64,000 nt of DNA from assembly GCA_964016885.1 (NCBI GenBank), contig OZ024742.1:152644001-152708000 (forward strand), written 5' to 3'. The stretch's first letter is position 1. Each line of letters opens with the position of its first letter. The notes under the pieces are model-generated. The model did not search any database, had not been told where the DNA came from, and saw nothing but the letters and a program-made list of their open reading frames with translations. This DNA is from Eledone cirrhosa (lineage: Eukaryota). Below, piece after piece: positions 13,879 through 28,432 of the stretch. A program made the position numbers and the translations under genes.

Positions 13879-15299
13879 CTGAAATCATTGCCAAGTGTTG
13901 AAGCGTCAATTTGACCTATAACTAGAAGGAAAGAAGCTGGTAGTGGGGCCGTAAATGAGTTCCTTGTTCATTGAAGTTAAAGGAATCTTTTTAACAAGTC
14001 TATATATATATAATGTTTTATAATGTTTTCTCACGCTAAAAATTAATCGCCCACGTTTAAGAGGTGAGTATGGCGTGAAGTATACATATATGCAACCGTC
14101 CGAATCATACACACACATATAAATATATATTAATATAGTTACACCGAATACATAAATAATATAACCAAACATTTATACAATCGTAAATATATATAAACAT
14201 ACATATATAGCACCAAATATAGAAATATCGACTTTCACGCATTAACACACACATAAAAATAAAGATAAAAAGGATCAAAATAATTATCAACATCTATAAA
14301 AAGTTGATGCGTTTGAAGTTTTTCAACACATTGTTTCAATATCAATGAAAATTAAGGGAGAACAAATATTGGAGTGAAGCACAAATTTGTCCAGATCAAA
14401 GACAAATGCCAGATCAATTTTGCCATATTTTTCTGGTGTTGCTAGGCAACAAAGAAGAAGAATTGAAAGCGAAATATTTACAGTATATCAGACAGAATGA
14501 GATTCGTCTAAAATGGAATTCACAACGATTGACGTAATACTTCATATCAGTATGAAGACAGAGAGAATGACAGAAGGAGCAAGAAAAGCGAAACGACATT
14601 CAAAACAAAAGCTACAGAAATGTGCTTGAAACAAAAGAAAGAACAGAAAAAAATAAACAAATAAAGCATTTAAAGAACAGATCACAAGTAACAATAGTAG
14701 CAGCAGCATAAACAACAATGGCGATGTTATAAGGGGCAACATCCACACAAACAGAAGCGGTGACCACAACTGTAGCAGTCTTAACATGAATCAATGCGGT
14801 GATAACTGTGACAACATAAACAACGACAAGACCAGTGTGCAGCAATAGCATTAACAGCAGCTGCGACAGGAGCAACTACAACAATAGCAAGAACAGCAAG
14901 ATAAACAACGGAATGAGAAACAACCAAAGATAACTCCCAGTGGAATTATAGCCTAACTCCATCCCTGTCTCTTTTTCTCCTCTCTTCTCTTTTCTTGTAA
15001 AGACACTCAAGGAAATATAGCTCTGCTTTCATTCGAATATTCAATAACGGAAACCTCATCCTTCAGTGAGAAACCTCCCCCATAAAAAACAGCCTCTCTC
15101 AACCGAAGGGATACTTGAGAAATCATCACCAATATCAAACCCACACGACACGAAAAGCAGTCCAACCATAATAAAAACAAAACGCCGAGTACAATCAACT
15201 CAACTACCCCACCTCCACCATTACCACCATCACTATCACAGTTCATGATGGAAGATGTAGAACACAGCGTAGTACGGATATATGTGCATGTTTCATGAG

Positions 15300-16210
15300 T
15301 CTCAGTCCCTTGTTTTGCTGGTCTGTCCGTCGAAATTTACACAGATATGCAATTTTTATTCACCGATATAGTGGCAGACATCTGTTTGAAGCAGAGCAGG
15401 AGGATTCCAGTTTATGTGACGGAGCCTTAATAGCGCTCCTGGTCACGTAGTCCGACACCCAGCAGGGGAGCGCTCACTACACGGCGTATTTTGATGCGGA
15501 AATATGTGCTGAAGCTCCACTATTAATAAATGTTCATAGAGAGTGAACAGGTGTACCCACCGTTTCCCAGGTGCATCATCCCCCACCCTGTTACTTTGAC
15601 TGAGCTTCAATCCTTGATCAACCACAACCGAGACTGGAAGCGTGGCATCTGGAATGTTGCCAGGAGCTCACAGTTTTCCATGGTTGTCTGAGGATATTGC
15701 TTTTCACATTTTAGTGAGGAGGACTTTATGTCCGAAAACTATGGATAACTTCCAGAAATTCATGGCCTCTTCGTGCTACCAGGTGTTGGGAGAACTATCT
15801 GTTCATGACAAACGCTAATTAAACGGAAGTACTATCAAACTAGCCAATCCGAGATGTGGGTAGAACAGTGAAACCGCGCTATTCTTAATCATAGTGTATG
15901 CCTGCTTTGGTGACTTGTGAATATTTCTGGAACAGCTGTTTTCGGTGTAGTACGAGTCCTGCTATCGTCAGACACTATCATGAAGATCAGGCCACCATCT
16001 TATAGTGCCCAGGAAGTGCAGGCACTTTTCCTTTGTTTGGAACCTATGGTCAGATAGGTTGTGCAGCAGATGAAGACAGGCATATTCCCCCTTTGAGAAG
16101 TTCCTATCCTTGAAAAGGAAAAGGAATGTTTGAATAGAGTTACTGTCCCCAGAATATGTGTTAACAAGTGGGTGAATGTAGAGAGAATGGCCCGAATAAC
16201 TTTACAAAAA
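15300..16210. mobile_element. Highly decayed Tx1/L1-like LINE fragments
   Basis: Degenerate translation near 16150-16195 (…KWVNVERMAR) resembles the C-terminus of the element at 36553-37990; many stops and frameshifts. Confidence 0.4.
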
Positions 16211-17707
16211 CGGAACATGTAGCTGGAAGCTGGAAAGATTGGGGGAGAGTAGGCAGTTGCTTTGGTGATCAAAGTAATCCAGAACTTTGGGTGTTCTTCA
16301 TTGATCCTTGGTGGCGCACCCGCATAATGGAGAATACTGTTGTTATCTATTCATTTTTAATTGCTTTGCCTGTTACCAGGGTCGGCTCGAAAGTTCAATC
16401 GCTAAAACGTCCATAGGCCGGCAAAAATACTCTAATGGAATGATCAAAAGGGATTTATTTTTCAACATAGTGCCTGGAAAGAAACAATGCAGTTATTAAT
16501 AAGGAAAGTTGAAATTAATATATGCGAGATGTCACAGATCTAGCAATACTCCTTTATAGTCAGCCTATAACCGTTTCAGCCGAGATTCGTATTTCCCATT
16601 GTCCTTCAATTGCATGTAAATTATCATTTTTTTGTTATTTCTATTGTCCTTAATGTTTTCATACCGAGTGTCCAATAAGTAGTAACTATCTAAACTATAA
16701 TAAAGTAAGAAGCGCGGGACTGCATAAGGTTTATAATTTTTATCCCCTTAGTAAAATAAGTTGGATTACTTTCAAGAAATAATTGTTTCTACTTTAGGCA
16801 CAATGCCAGCAATTATCCAGTACATTACTGGTACTTTATTTACTTTGAATAAATAATTGTTTCTACTTTAGGCACAAGGCCAGCAATTACCCAGTGCCTT
16901 ACTGGTACTTTATTTTATCTACCCCGTAAGGATGAAAGGCAAAGTCTTGAATAAATAATGAATGAATATTACATAATTTATCCACTAAATTTCGTGGCTG
17001 TTCATTAAATATATTTTATTACTTATTTAAAGATTCACATCTTTAAAATTTTCAAAAGTCAACACTTCCGGTTAGCGATCGTTTAAATAAATATTCATAT
17101 ATTTATGTCACTAATTTTCTCCTAATGCAGTTTATATATAATATCGCCTTTTTTTAATGTATCATGGATTACGTTACTGATTACAGAAGACAGTGTAACA
17201 CAGTCTTCGTTCAAATTCTGTATCATATCTATATGCATATATACTTGTGTATAATATCAATATACACACTACACAAGCTAGAAGAAAACCACCCGAAGGC
17301 TGGTTTTCCTGCTTGTATTTATAATGATTTCTATTACAGGCAAAAGGTAAGCAATTTACAGAGAGGGAAAAGTCGATTAATTCGACCCAAGTGCATTACT
17401 GGCTCTTCATTTTATCGACTTTGTAACAAAGCTTACCTTGGTGGTATTTGAACTAGTAATTATAGTAATTATAGTAATTATCACTACTACCACTAATATT
17501 AGTTAGCTAATCGGATTATTTGTACACTATGTAGATTTTATTTTGTGCACATTACATTATAATTTCTCCATATCGTTTTGTAAAATACAAAATACATTTA
17601 TTGAGAAAAAAATGGATAATATATAATAACAAAGACCAGAATTGTATGTAGATCGACCTGAATGATTGTTCGTTTGATACATATTATTTACTGTATTTGT
17701 AAATAAT

Positions 17708-17896
17708 TGTTTCTACTTTAGGCACAAGGCCAGCAATTTCCCAGTGCATTACTGGTACTTTATTTTATCGACCCCGTAAGGATGAAAGGCAAAGTCAACC
17801 TCGGCGGGATTTGAACTCAGATCGTAAAGGGACGTAACTATGCTGGAAAGCATGGCGTCCGACCCTCTACCGATACTGCCAATCCACTGCCAATCC
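17708..17896 (-). mobile_element. SINE family 1, full length, with 18-bp TSD
   Basis: Reverse complement of the SINE consensus; actgtatttgtaaataat duplicated at 17690-17707 and 17897-17914. Confidence 0.9.
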
Positions 17897-18236
17897 ACTG
17901 TATTTGTAAATAATAACTTTCGTTAATTGCATGTTTTTCTCGATATGTTTGAATCTTTATGTTTAATCTGTAAAAATGCATCATACTAAAAGTAAATACA
18001 AATAACATAAACTTATTTATGTATCTATTACATTATTAAAGAATATAATATATTATCGTCTTCCTGCTACATATTTAGTGGTTGATTGTATCAATGTTTA
18101 CATAATATATTAATGAGGATATACAAAAAAAATGTTTAAATATACATTTAAAATATACTGATTTTAAAATATACTTGTTTCTATATATGCAGGGTACATA
18201 GTCGAATTTCAATTCCATTCATGATTAGTAAGAGTA

Positions 18237-18900
18237 GGGCGGTGAATTGGCAGTATCGGTAGTGGGTCGGACGCTATACTTTGCAGCATTGAGATACGAC
18301 CGGACCTTTATGATCTGAGTTCAAATCCCGCTGAGGTTAAGTTTGCCTTTCATCCTTACCGGGTCGATAAAATAAAGTACCAGTAACGCACTAGGTTCGA
18401 TTTAATCGACTTTCTTTTTCCCACAAATTGTTGGCCTTGTGCCTATAGAAAAACCCATTAATAAGGGTGGTATGGCTGTATCGGTAGAAAATCGGACACC
18501 ATGCTTTGCAGCACAGAGTTACGACCATTTACGGTCTGAGTTCAAATCCCGACGAGGGTAACTTTGCCTTTCATCGTTAAGGGGTCGATAAAATAAAGCA
18601 CCAGTAATGTATTGGGAGTCGATTTAATCAACTTTCTCTAACCCCCAAAATACTCGCCTTGTGCCTATACTAGAAATCCTTAATAAGGGCGGTAAATTGG
18701 TAGCGTCGATACGGCATCGGAGAAAATTCTTCGACGCATTTACTTACGGTACTTTACGTTTTGATTTTAAATCACGCCGAGGTCAGCTATGCCTTTTATA
18801 CTTCCTTAGACGATAACATAATATACCAGTCATATACTGTGTTGGATTCAATAGGCTTCCACTCCCTAAGAATTGCAGAATTCATTTCTAAATTTGAACT
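18237..18900 (+). mobile_element. Three tandem SINE family 1 copies
   Basis: Heads gggcggtgaattggcag (18237), gggtggtatggctg (~18465) and gggcggtaaattggtag (18687), each followed by the same body; ~225-bp period. Confidence 0.85.
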
Positions 18901-19603
18901 CATAGCGATCATTTGTGGTATCTAACTACGTCGAAATATTCACTGGAAACATTAAATCCAGACAGATATCGGATTTTCTATAAGTGAAAGTTTTCAAACA
19001 TTTTGGAAGGGAATATTATTTCATCTTCCTGTAAATATGAAATATATAGCAGGAACGTTTTGTTTAATGTTATGGAATATTACATATAATACGCTTTTAT
19101 ACAGAGAATCAAATACACGGTCGTTGAAATAAAAAAAAAATGGTAATGCAACAGGAACTTAGATTTTACTTTTCTATATATATTTTTTATAGAACTTTGT
19201 GGCTTAGCAAGTGGAATACGTGACACGCCCATTACATTTATCTATGGAAACCAAAACTGAAAAGGAAAGGGACTAAATTTCTGATGTGAGATCTGCTAAA
19301 AATGCTTGTACTTCAGGATTTTCAAAGCACATTTAAAATATCGATAGAGAATAGGCAGACCACCAGCTTCCAACGTGCATTGTGAGATAAGAACTGATCA
19401 AAAACCCTCAACATCGCAAGTCATTCCAATGTAATTATAAATAAAAAGAAAGAGCTAATATCTCATTACTGACACAAGCCAACATTTCCACAATTTCATG
19501 GAAGAAAGACACTTACCATGATAGAATTATCCGAAATGTATTAGGTTGACTAAACATGAACTAGTATGCCTGAGACACTAACATCACCCTATAGGCATTG
19601 ATA

Positions 19604-20165
<562 letters not shown>

Positions 20166-20167
20166 AA

Positions 20168-20405
20168 GGCGCATGGCTTAGTGGTTAGAACATTAGGCTT
20201 GCAATCGAAAGGTTGTGAGTTCAATTCTCGGACCGGGTGATGTGTTGTTTCCTTGAGCAAGGCACTTTATTTCACGTTGCTCCAGTTTACTCAGCTGAAA
20301 ATCGTGTACTGTCCAGCGGGGAGGGGGTCTTGTACTCTCAGTCGCTTCACGCCATGAAACCGGGATAAGCACCGACCAAATGAGCATTCTGCCTTAAGAC
20401 AGACT
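20168..20405 (+). mobile_element. tRNA-derived SINE, family 2
   Basis: A-box tggcttagtgg, B-box-like gagttcaattc, then ccttgagcaaggcactttatttcacgttgctccag. Related copies at ~47615-47940 and 50159-50276. Confidence 0.8.
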
Positions 20406-20430
20406 TTAGATATATATATATATATATATA

Positions 20431-21238
20431 TGTGGTGTGTCAGAAAAATCCCAGGACTGATGTATGTAACTCTAATCTTAGCTCTGCGCAGCGATCAAAC
20501 TTTTTTCTTCATAATGTTATATACATGTCCTCTGTTTCAGGTCGTCAAGTAATGAGCACAGAGCAACTTGAAGTTTCTGGTACGGTTGGGGAAAGCTCCG
20601 TCTGAAGCACTGGGATTGCTGCAGCAAGTGTATGGAGATGAGAAGATGTCACGCTCACGTATCTTTGAGTGGTGCAAGATGACCTCCAGGAGCGGAAGGC
20701 CCTCAACAACCAGAACTGAGGTCAAAGTTGAGCGCGACAGGCATATAGTGCGTAGCGATCGTCGGCTGACTGTTCGACTGATGGCAAATGAGCTGGGCTT
20801 GAATCTGGACAGCGTATGGAAGATTCTAACTGAAGATTTGGAAATGCGGAAAGTCTGCGCGAAGATGGTGCCAAAACTGCTGAAAGATGACCAGAAGAGT
20901 CGACGCATGCAAGTGTGCTAGGACATCCTCGAGCGTTTGAAACCGAACGAGACTTGCTAGGGACAGTCATCACCGGTGGTAAGTCATGGATCTTCGAGTA
21001 CGACCCGGAGGGGACCCGTTTTGAAGACGTGGACTACATCAAAAAGGCCGGACGACGGAACTGCGGAGGATCCCGGAAGAATCCTTCCAGGAGTGCATGA
21101 CGGCGTGGCAGAAAAGGATCGAAAAGTGAATTAGACTCCAGGGGGATTACTTTGAAGTGAAAACTCTTAGTGTGAAGTTTGGGTTTGAAATAAACCTTTT
21201 GTTACATCAGTTCTGGAACTTTTCTGACAAAAACCCCG
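20431..21238 (+). mobile_element. Internally deleted mariner (Tc1/mariner) transposon
   Basis: Imperfect TIRs (tgtcagaaaaatcccaggactgatgta / tacatcagttctggaacttttctgaca), TA flanks; ORF 20568-20921 has an HTH region, GRPST and KVCAKMVPKLL; frameshifted VITGGKSWIFEYDPE; most of the catalytic domain is deleted. Confidence 0.9.
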
Positions 21239-21714
21239 TATACATATATACATATACATATATTTATATATGTATATAATGTGGAAAGTAAATTAAGGCT
21301 AAACAATGCAAAATGGACGAGAAGATGACGGTAACGAAGCATTTAGCTGCCTGGCAATCTTTGTTTTTGTTGGTGTTGTTTCTTTTGTCCTAATATTTCA
21401 GGACTTCAAATTCCCTTCATCAGTGTATAGGCAACTCAGAGAAACCAGTTCCGGCTTCTTCTCTTTTTTCGAATATTAATAATTGTTTCTACTTTAAGCA
21501 CAAGACCAATTACCCTGTGCATTACTGGTACTTTATTTTATCGACCCCGTAAGGATGAACGGTAAAGTCAACCTCGGCGGGATTTGAACTCAGAATATTA
21601 ATAATAACGTTCGATTCGTTTGCAACTATGCAAACAATCCTCAATTGTATAGCCATGTCAGTAGCATGAACACTTCAGTCTTGTTCTTGTGTTGGCATGC
21701 GAACAGTACTGCGA

Positions 21715-21803
<89 letters not shown>

Positions 21804-21899
21804 ATATAAATGTGTGTGTGTGTGTGTGTGTGAATATATATATAGATAAAAATAATTATACACGGGTGTGTATGAATGTGTATAGAAGATTATATTAAT

Positions 21900-22269
21900 A
21901 AAAGGAATTCCAACTTTGTCTGATTTACTTATTTTATTTACAATCCTTTAAAATTATAATGGTATTAGAATGAAATAGTATGGTAGAATATTAAATGTTA
22001 AGTTTTAATTGAACAAGTACTTTCATGCTTTCGCAATCTTCAGGTTCATATTCTGGGGTGACAGTCAAGTTTGCAATTTTTACATTTGAAAATTGCAAAC
22101 TTGACTGTCACCACAGAATGTGAACCTGAAGATTGCGAAAGCATGAAGGTACTTGTTCAATTAACACTTAACATTTAATATTCTACCATACTATTTCATT
22201 CTAATACCATTATAATTTTAAAGGATTGTAAATAAAACGAGTAAATCAGACAAAGTTGGAATTCCTTTA
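21900..22269. repeat. ~370-bp near-perfect palindrome (two ~180-bp arms, 8-nt loop), inverted pLTR-like pair
   Basis: Arm 21900-22080 is the reverse complement of 22089-22269 with few mismatches; one HHR in each arm. Confidence 0.95.
22010..22048 (-). ncRNA. Minimal type I hammerhead ribozyme (mirror copy 22121-22159 +, with GAAA changed to GAAG)
   Basis: tgaac-CTGAAGA-t-tgc-gaaa-gca-t-GAAA-gtac-TT-gttca: 5-bp stem I, intact core, palindromic stem III AGTACT. Confidence 0.85.
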
Positions 22270-24559
22270 AAGTGATATTCCTTGTGTGATCGTTATACAT
22301 AAGGCTTATATTTTTAAGCAGACTGTATTTTAATTTAGGTGTCACAAAAACTCTACATCGGATTTTAACACCAATTCCGGGAGTCCAGGTCTGGTTGTCA
22401 TTTATTTTTTATGATTTATTTTGTTTTGAGCTGTTTAGCTTGATTTGGTTTTGGGCTGCTGTTTAGCTTGATTTGGTTTTGGGCTTGGGTGGTTAATGCC
22501 TTCTTGACCACCTTTTCCGTTTTGTATGGCGTCTTAACACATTGTTTAGCTCTGGTTTTTAACTATTGAGCACTTTGCCGTTTTATCTTTCAAATCGAAG
22601 GACCATTGTCTGAACGATTTCATCTATTTTTCTTATCTTCCATCACAGTTACTTTTGTTTCACATGGATGGGTAGAATCGGTAGAGCGTCGGACAACATG
22701 CTTAGTGACATAGAGTATGGCCCTTTACGTTCTGAGTTTAAATCTCGTCGAAGTTAGCTTTGCATTTCATCTTTACGGGGTCGATAAAGTACCAGTAATG
22801 CATTGGGTTCGATATAATCGATCTTCCCCTCCTTCAAAAATTGTTGGACTTGTGTCAAAATCAGAAAGCATTATTTGTGATCGTATTATCATTGCATTTT
22901 TTTTTTCAGTTTGGAGCAATCTGTGTTTCGAATGTACACGTTTGGCTCGTCTTCCCTCTCAATCGAAATATAAAATTCTACCTTGTTTCTTGTATTGTCT
23001 TACTCCTTTCAATTAATAGAAATGCTCACTAGCTGTTAGTGCACTAGGATAACCGATCAAAGATCACTTATACTGAACCAGCATTAGTCTAACTAACCAG
23101 CTTTGGCATCGGGTTATACGAAGCCGACAAGGCAATCACCACCATCAATTCCATCAAAATCACTATTACCACCAACTACATGAACAACTAATAAGCCAAT
23201 ACATCGATATATGACCCCTCGAAATTTCGTTATTTAACTCCCACCATTTCAATATTATATAAAAAATTAAATTTTCTTTAATTTCAATAAGCAGTTAAAA
23301 CAAATAGCTATAAGTGGCTTTTAGATGAATAAATAGAAAGAGGTAAAAAAATAAATGATTGGGAGACGCTGAAAACATTGTAAACCACATGTAAAATTTC
23401 ATAAAAGAATCCACTGAATTACTCTCGTCAAATTAATAATTAAATAGATAAATAAAACATTTCTGAATTTCGTTGTAAATTCAAGAAAATAATGTACGAT
23501 GCCAGTTAGTGCAAGCCATTAATGATTGGAATGTATTGTATAAATAGCGTATAGCTTTATGAAGAATTAATTAAAAAAACTGAAACGATTAAAACGTATT
23601 TTGTAATAGTTGAAGCTATAGAAATCCAAAATAAATTTTAAAAAAACCTTTATTCTTAAACAACAATAAATTCACCCTAAGCGCCCAGACTATCTACTTA
23701 TATTATTAATATTATTATTATTTGTATCATTATCTTTGTTGTTGAGTCTCTCCAGACGTGATACCCATCACTCCATAAGTTTGTTCTATTTTCATACTAT
23801 TATTCAAATCTATCGTATTGATTTGTGTTTACTCTTTTGTAGATAATATAACAAGCATCTGTGCCAGAGGGATAATTTTTCTCTACCTGTAGCTCTTAGG
23901 GGTAAACCTGTGTCTGTTTATCAAACATGCTCCTCAATTTAGAAATCAATGACAGCAGCAACAACAGCAAAACCACCAGCAACAACAATGACGGCGACAA
24001 CAACAATTATAATAACAAGAGTAGCAAGATTAACAGCCCAACACCAACAGTAAGCAAATCTCAAGGACTAGTGCACCAGTCACGAATGATTTTCCTCCTC
24101 TGCCAACATATACCACTTTGAACGACGCCACGCCACTACAATGGTAGTAATCACAGCCAAATCTGACAAAGAAAAAAGAAATAACACTAACACAGACGAC
24201 AGCGTCAACACAAATGATAACAACATTAACAAAAATAACAACATTAACAACAATAACAACAATAATACAACTGCAGTAACAGCTGCCAAAGTACTGAACT
24301 GTTCTTTATGAACATCACTAAAAAGGTTACGTTTTATCCAAGCAGCCAAACTGATAACATCGGAAAACTCCTGCACTGGCGTAGCCCCACACCTCAATCT
24401 CCGAGGTGTTGCCACACAAAGAGGTACGCACAAATGCGTATCCACTGACACGGATGGGTCGGAGTCAACAGTTCAGGCAGAACCCGAAATAACACTGAAA
24501 GAAAGAACACTCAATTAGGAGTGACATTGCAACCGAAGTGCTTGCTGTAAGAATAGCAC

Positions 24560-25140
24560 TAGACCATATTTTCAATGCAGAGAACGAAGCTTGCATTGAC
24601 AGAACGAAGGTGTGTGGTCTAAGAGGCGCAGTGTGGAAACACACCACAATTTAGTCCTTGATGAACCGTGACAAGCGAGTGCTAGCTTTTTCAGGCTTGT
24701 ATGTGCGGCTTTTCGCCAGCAACTTGCACGACTCTTTGGAGAAAGCGGGAATTCAGAGACGTTGGTTGATTTTAGTTCCTACCTGGATGGCTTGCCGGGA
24801 CTCTTCGCGACTGATGCGGGGTGCTACGAAAATCCGATAATAGTAGCCGAGTTTCGGGGAGCCCCAGTCGACTGTACGAGACTGAAATCGTCCGGGGTGG
24901 ATGGTCTGCCATATGAATTTTATGTAAACATGCCAGGCATGGTCTCCCACCTCCTCGAAGCCGTCTACTCAAACTGGCAGAGAATTCTCAGTACTATGAG
25001 TCGGGGTGTAGTAACGTTCATGAGAAATGATGAGAGCTCGGTAGGACATTTGATTCAACTTCAGGGCGATACCTCGTTCAAAAACAGGGTATTAGATGTT
25101 AGCCAAGGTGCTAGCTATGAGGCTCGCGCTTATCAGTATC
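24560..25140 (+). mobile_element. Tx1/L1-like LINE fragment (RT N-terminal region)
   Basis: KSSGVDGLPYEFY in ORF 24762-25202 matches the KSPGxDG motif. Confidence 0.7.
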
Positions 25141-26534
25141 CACTAAGCCTAGAACGCATAAAATATTTAACAATGAGGCAAAGAAACAAGGCACATAGAT
25201 AACATTATAATACTGTACAGAACGTCATAACGAAATTTAACTACACCCTTGTTTAAAGTACACGTCACTAACAGTCATATATATATATGTATGGAACTGT
25301 AACGCCTGACAGAGTAGCTGGGGTACTGGACTTACATATAGCGTGTCTTGGGTATTTAAACATTTGCGGAAACAAACCCATCTATATTTCAAAATTACAG
25401 AACTCTTCTAGAGAAAGAAAGAAAGGGTGGAGAGGGGGTGAGGGGGAGAGATCAAAAGTAATAAAGAAGAACAGAGAAAGAAATATTGACAATAGCATTT
25501 GCCTGGTACTTTCTTTATCGATCCCGAAAGAAGGAAAGCAATATTTGGCCACGGCGGATTTTGAACATGGTGTACGGATAGCATGAATGAATTTCCGAAA
25601 GCATTCCATCCAGCATTCTAATGAGTCTGGCAATTCGCCACATAATCTTAATATAATTACATACATTAAGCGAGTTAACGAGACATTCGCTGTAAACATA
25701 TATCAGATTGTATCATTCTGAAAATTGAATAAGCTGCACATTTATCCACTGGCGGTGTAGTAGTGATACCATAAAGTGGTATAACATTTGTCGTCGTTGA
25801 TAAACTGTGTTTATCCCATTCTATATACAAGCAGAAGTTTACCAGACAAATTCATAGAAACCTGTCTCGGAAGACCACTAGTTTGGTAAATGTTACGATT
25901 TTGGTGTCTGAACCACTACAACATTATATTTTAAAGCCATATATTGATATGTAAAATATTTATAAAATATTGTGATATACGCCCTCCATAATCTGCTAAA
26001 CCTCCCACGCAAGGAGATACTTCCCATTTCATTACCACGACATATACACCTCTCTATATATAAGTCGTATACAGCTAGCAACTTGAAACAATAAAACATA
26101 TTGTAGGTAATTTTAAGTATGGAAATACCGGATGTATAATTTACAGGAGATGGAGAGTAACCCCGCGTTTAGATCGATCTTTTCCCACAAAGCTTTATAG
26201 GTTTATTCCCATAGTTTTGTTCATGTGGTCAATTTGTCTCTTAAATACCTATTCATATCATATTTACGTATTCCTATTTTGCTTTACTTGCGATATTTAA
26301 CGAGAAAATCAAACTAATTATTTAGATGCTTATTATAAATATCGCGTGCGGTTGTTTCTATTTATAAATGCGTGATGCATTTATCGTACAATTTATGCAT
26401 CAGATGCAAAGTATGCACACACTTATTTATCTTGGGCTACGTCATAGGATTGTGTTTATATGCTTAATATTAGCTAAAAATTAGCCATTAAGGACCAACA
26501 ATTACCTCTGATAAAGCTCACAGATGTAACCACT

Positions 26535-26870
26535 CTTCTTCTTCTTCTTCTTCTTCTTCTTCTTCTTCTTCTTCTTCTTCTTCACTTATCCCTGGGACTA
26601 TCAAGGAGTGAGAGACCCGAGCGCACCTTCCAACGTCTCTTACTGGAATCCAGCCGGGCTCAACTTACTTGGAATCTAAACTCGCGGCTCCTGCCGGTAG
26701 GTGTCGCCAGTAAAATCTGTCCACCGATATTTTCCTTAGACATTTTAACCACATGTCCGTAGTATCGGATCTGTGATCTCTCAGTTTGGAGACGCAGCTG
26801 CCCTAGCTGGAGCGACGCTCTGTTCTCCCAGCTCGGCAATCTATAGAGTAAAGTTACTCCAAAGACACTT
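26535..26870 (-). mobile_element. RTE-clade LINE 3' fragment with (GAA)n tail
   Basis: Minus strand gives LRYYGHVVKMSKENI-like text; (TTC)n at 26535-26583. Confidence 0.7.
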
Positions 26871-26946
26871 CTATATGACGGTTAATTGCATTATGCACAC
26901 ACATACACACACATACACACGTACACACACACACACATATATACAT

Positions 26947-26977
<31 letters not shown>

Positions 26978-27058
26978 CATACACATATATATATATACTT
27001 ATATATATATATTAGAAAAAGGAAATGAGGTTCTATAAAAAACAGTGGATATAGAGGA

Positions 27059-28297
27059 AAGATGAAGTTGGAAATAGCACGGGAGATATATTTAAGGGTC
27101 TGTTTTTATTTTGTGATTCGTGAAAGTGACATTATTGAACAGATAGTGTTATTAAAAAAAGATAATGTTATTAAAAGAAGAGAGGGACAATTCCCCTTTA
27201 AAAGTATTTTTATGAAGTATATAAAGTATATGAGAATAAAATACCGGTTTCAAAGTATTAAAATCCATCTTGTCAAATGTAGTGTAAAAAGTTAATTAAA
27301 AAGAGTTGATAGGAGTAAAAAAAGAAAGGTTTAAAATTAAAATCAAAATCGAATGTTTGAGTAATTTTTCTTCCATCATGCTTCTTGATAAGTTGGCTGC
27401 GAACGCACCATCAACTTTCCCTATGAACAAATCACAAATAAACATTCTAAATCGGATCTCTCCAAACACGAATGGAAAGAATTATACACACTGCGAAACA
27501 ACAGTGAAATAACCATCAAAGAAGCTGATAAAGAGTGCACTGTAGTCATTCTGTACACTGACTACTATAGAGACCTGGCACTCAAAATCTTAGTCGATAT
27601 TTATGTATCTTTGGTAAGCCGTAGAAAGCACTTGTATTACATTTGAAATGGCTCATGTATTCAAATTCCTTTGGAGTTAGGCTACTGCGGTATCTTTGCA
27701 ATAATGCTAGGAGGTTCCCCAGAGTTTTAGTTTGTTTGTAGTTTGCTGTGTTTTCGTAGTATCTGTTGTCGTCTAAGATTTTGAGTGCCAGGTCTCTATA
27801 GTAGTCAGTGTCGGTAATGACTACAGTGCTCCCTTTATCAGCTTCTTTGATGGTTATTTCATTGTTGTTTCGCAGTGTGAATAATTCTTTCCATTCGTGT
27901 TTGGAGAGGTTCCATTTCGTGTATTTATTTGAGATTTGTTCATAGGGAAATCTGATGGTGCGTTCGCAGATAAGCTTTCAAGAAGCATGATGGAAGAAAA
28001 ATTATTCAAACATTCGATTTTGATTTTAATTTTAAACCTATTTTGTTTTACTCCAATAACTATTTTTAATTAACTTTTTTCACTACATTTGAAAAGATGG
28101 ATTTTAATACATCGAAACCGGTAATTTTTTCATATACTTTATATACTTCATAAAAATATGTTTAAAAAAGAATTGTCCCTCTCTTCTTTTAATAACATCA
28201 TCTTTTAATAACACTATCTTTCAAATAATGTCACTTTGACGAATCAAAAAAAGGAAAATAGACCCTTAAATATATCTCCCGTGCTATTTCCAACTTC

Positions 28298-28302
<5 letters not shown>
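27059..28302. repeat. Inverted repeat with ~540-bp arms (27059-27597, 27769-28302) and a ~170-bp spacer
   Basis: The arms are reverse complements with scattered mismatches, flanked by (TA)n and (CT)n(TA)n; each arm has a U3-A8 HHR-like motif (27238-27280 -, 28085-28127 +). Confidence 0.9.
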
Positions 28303-28369
<67 letters not shown>

Positions 28370-28375
28370 TCTCTC

Positions 28376-28432
<57 letters not shown>

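Noticed and set aside
21385-21430. Minus-strand CTGATGA-aggg..tcct-GAAA
   Set aside because: Core and stem II present but no stem I pairing.
26150-26420. Reverse-complement similarity to 38860-39040 and 39680-39750
   Set aside because: Old, diverged dispersed repeat with no termini or coding signal; not informative.
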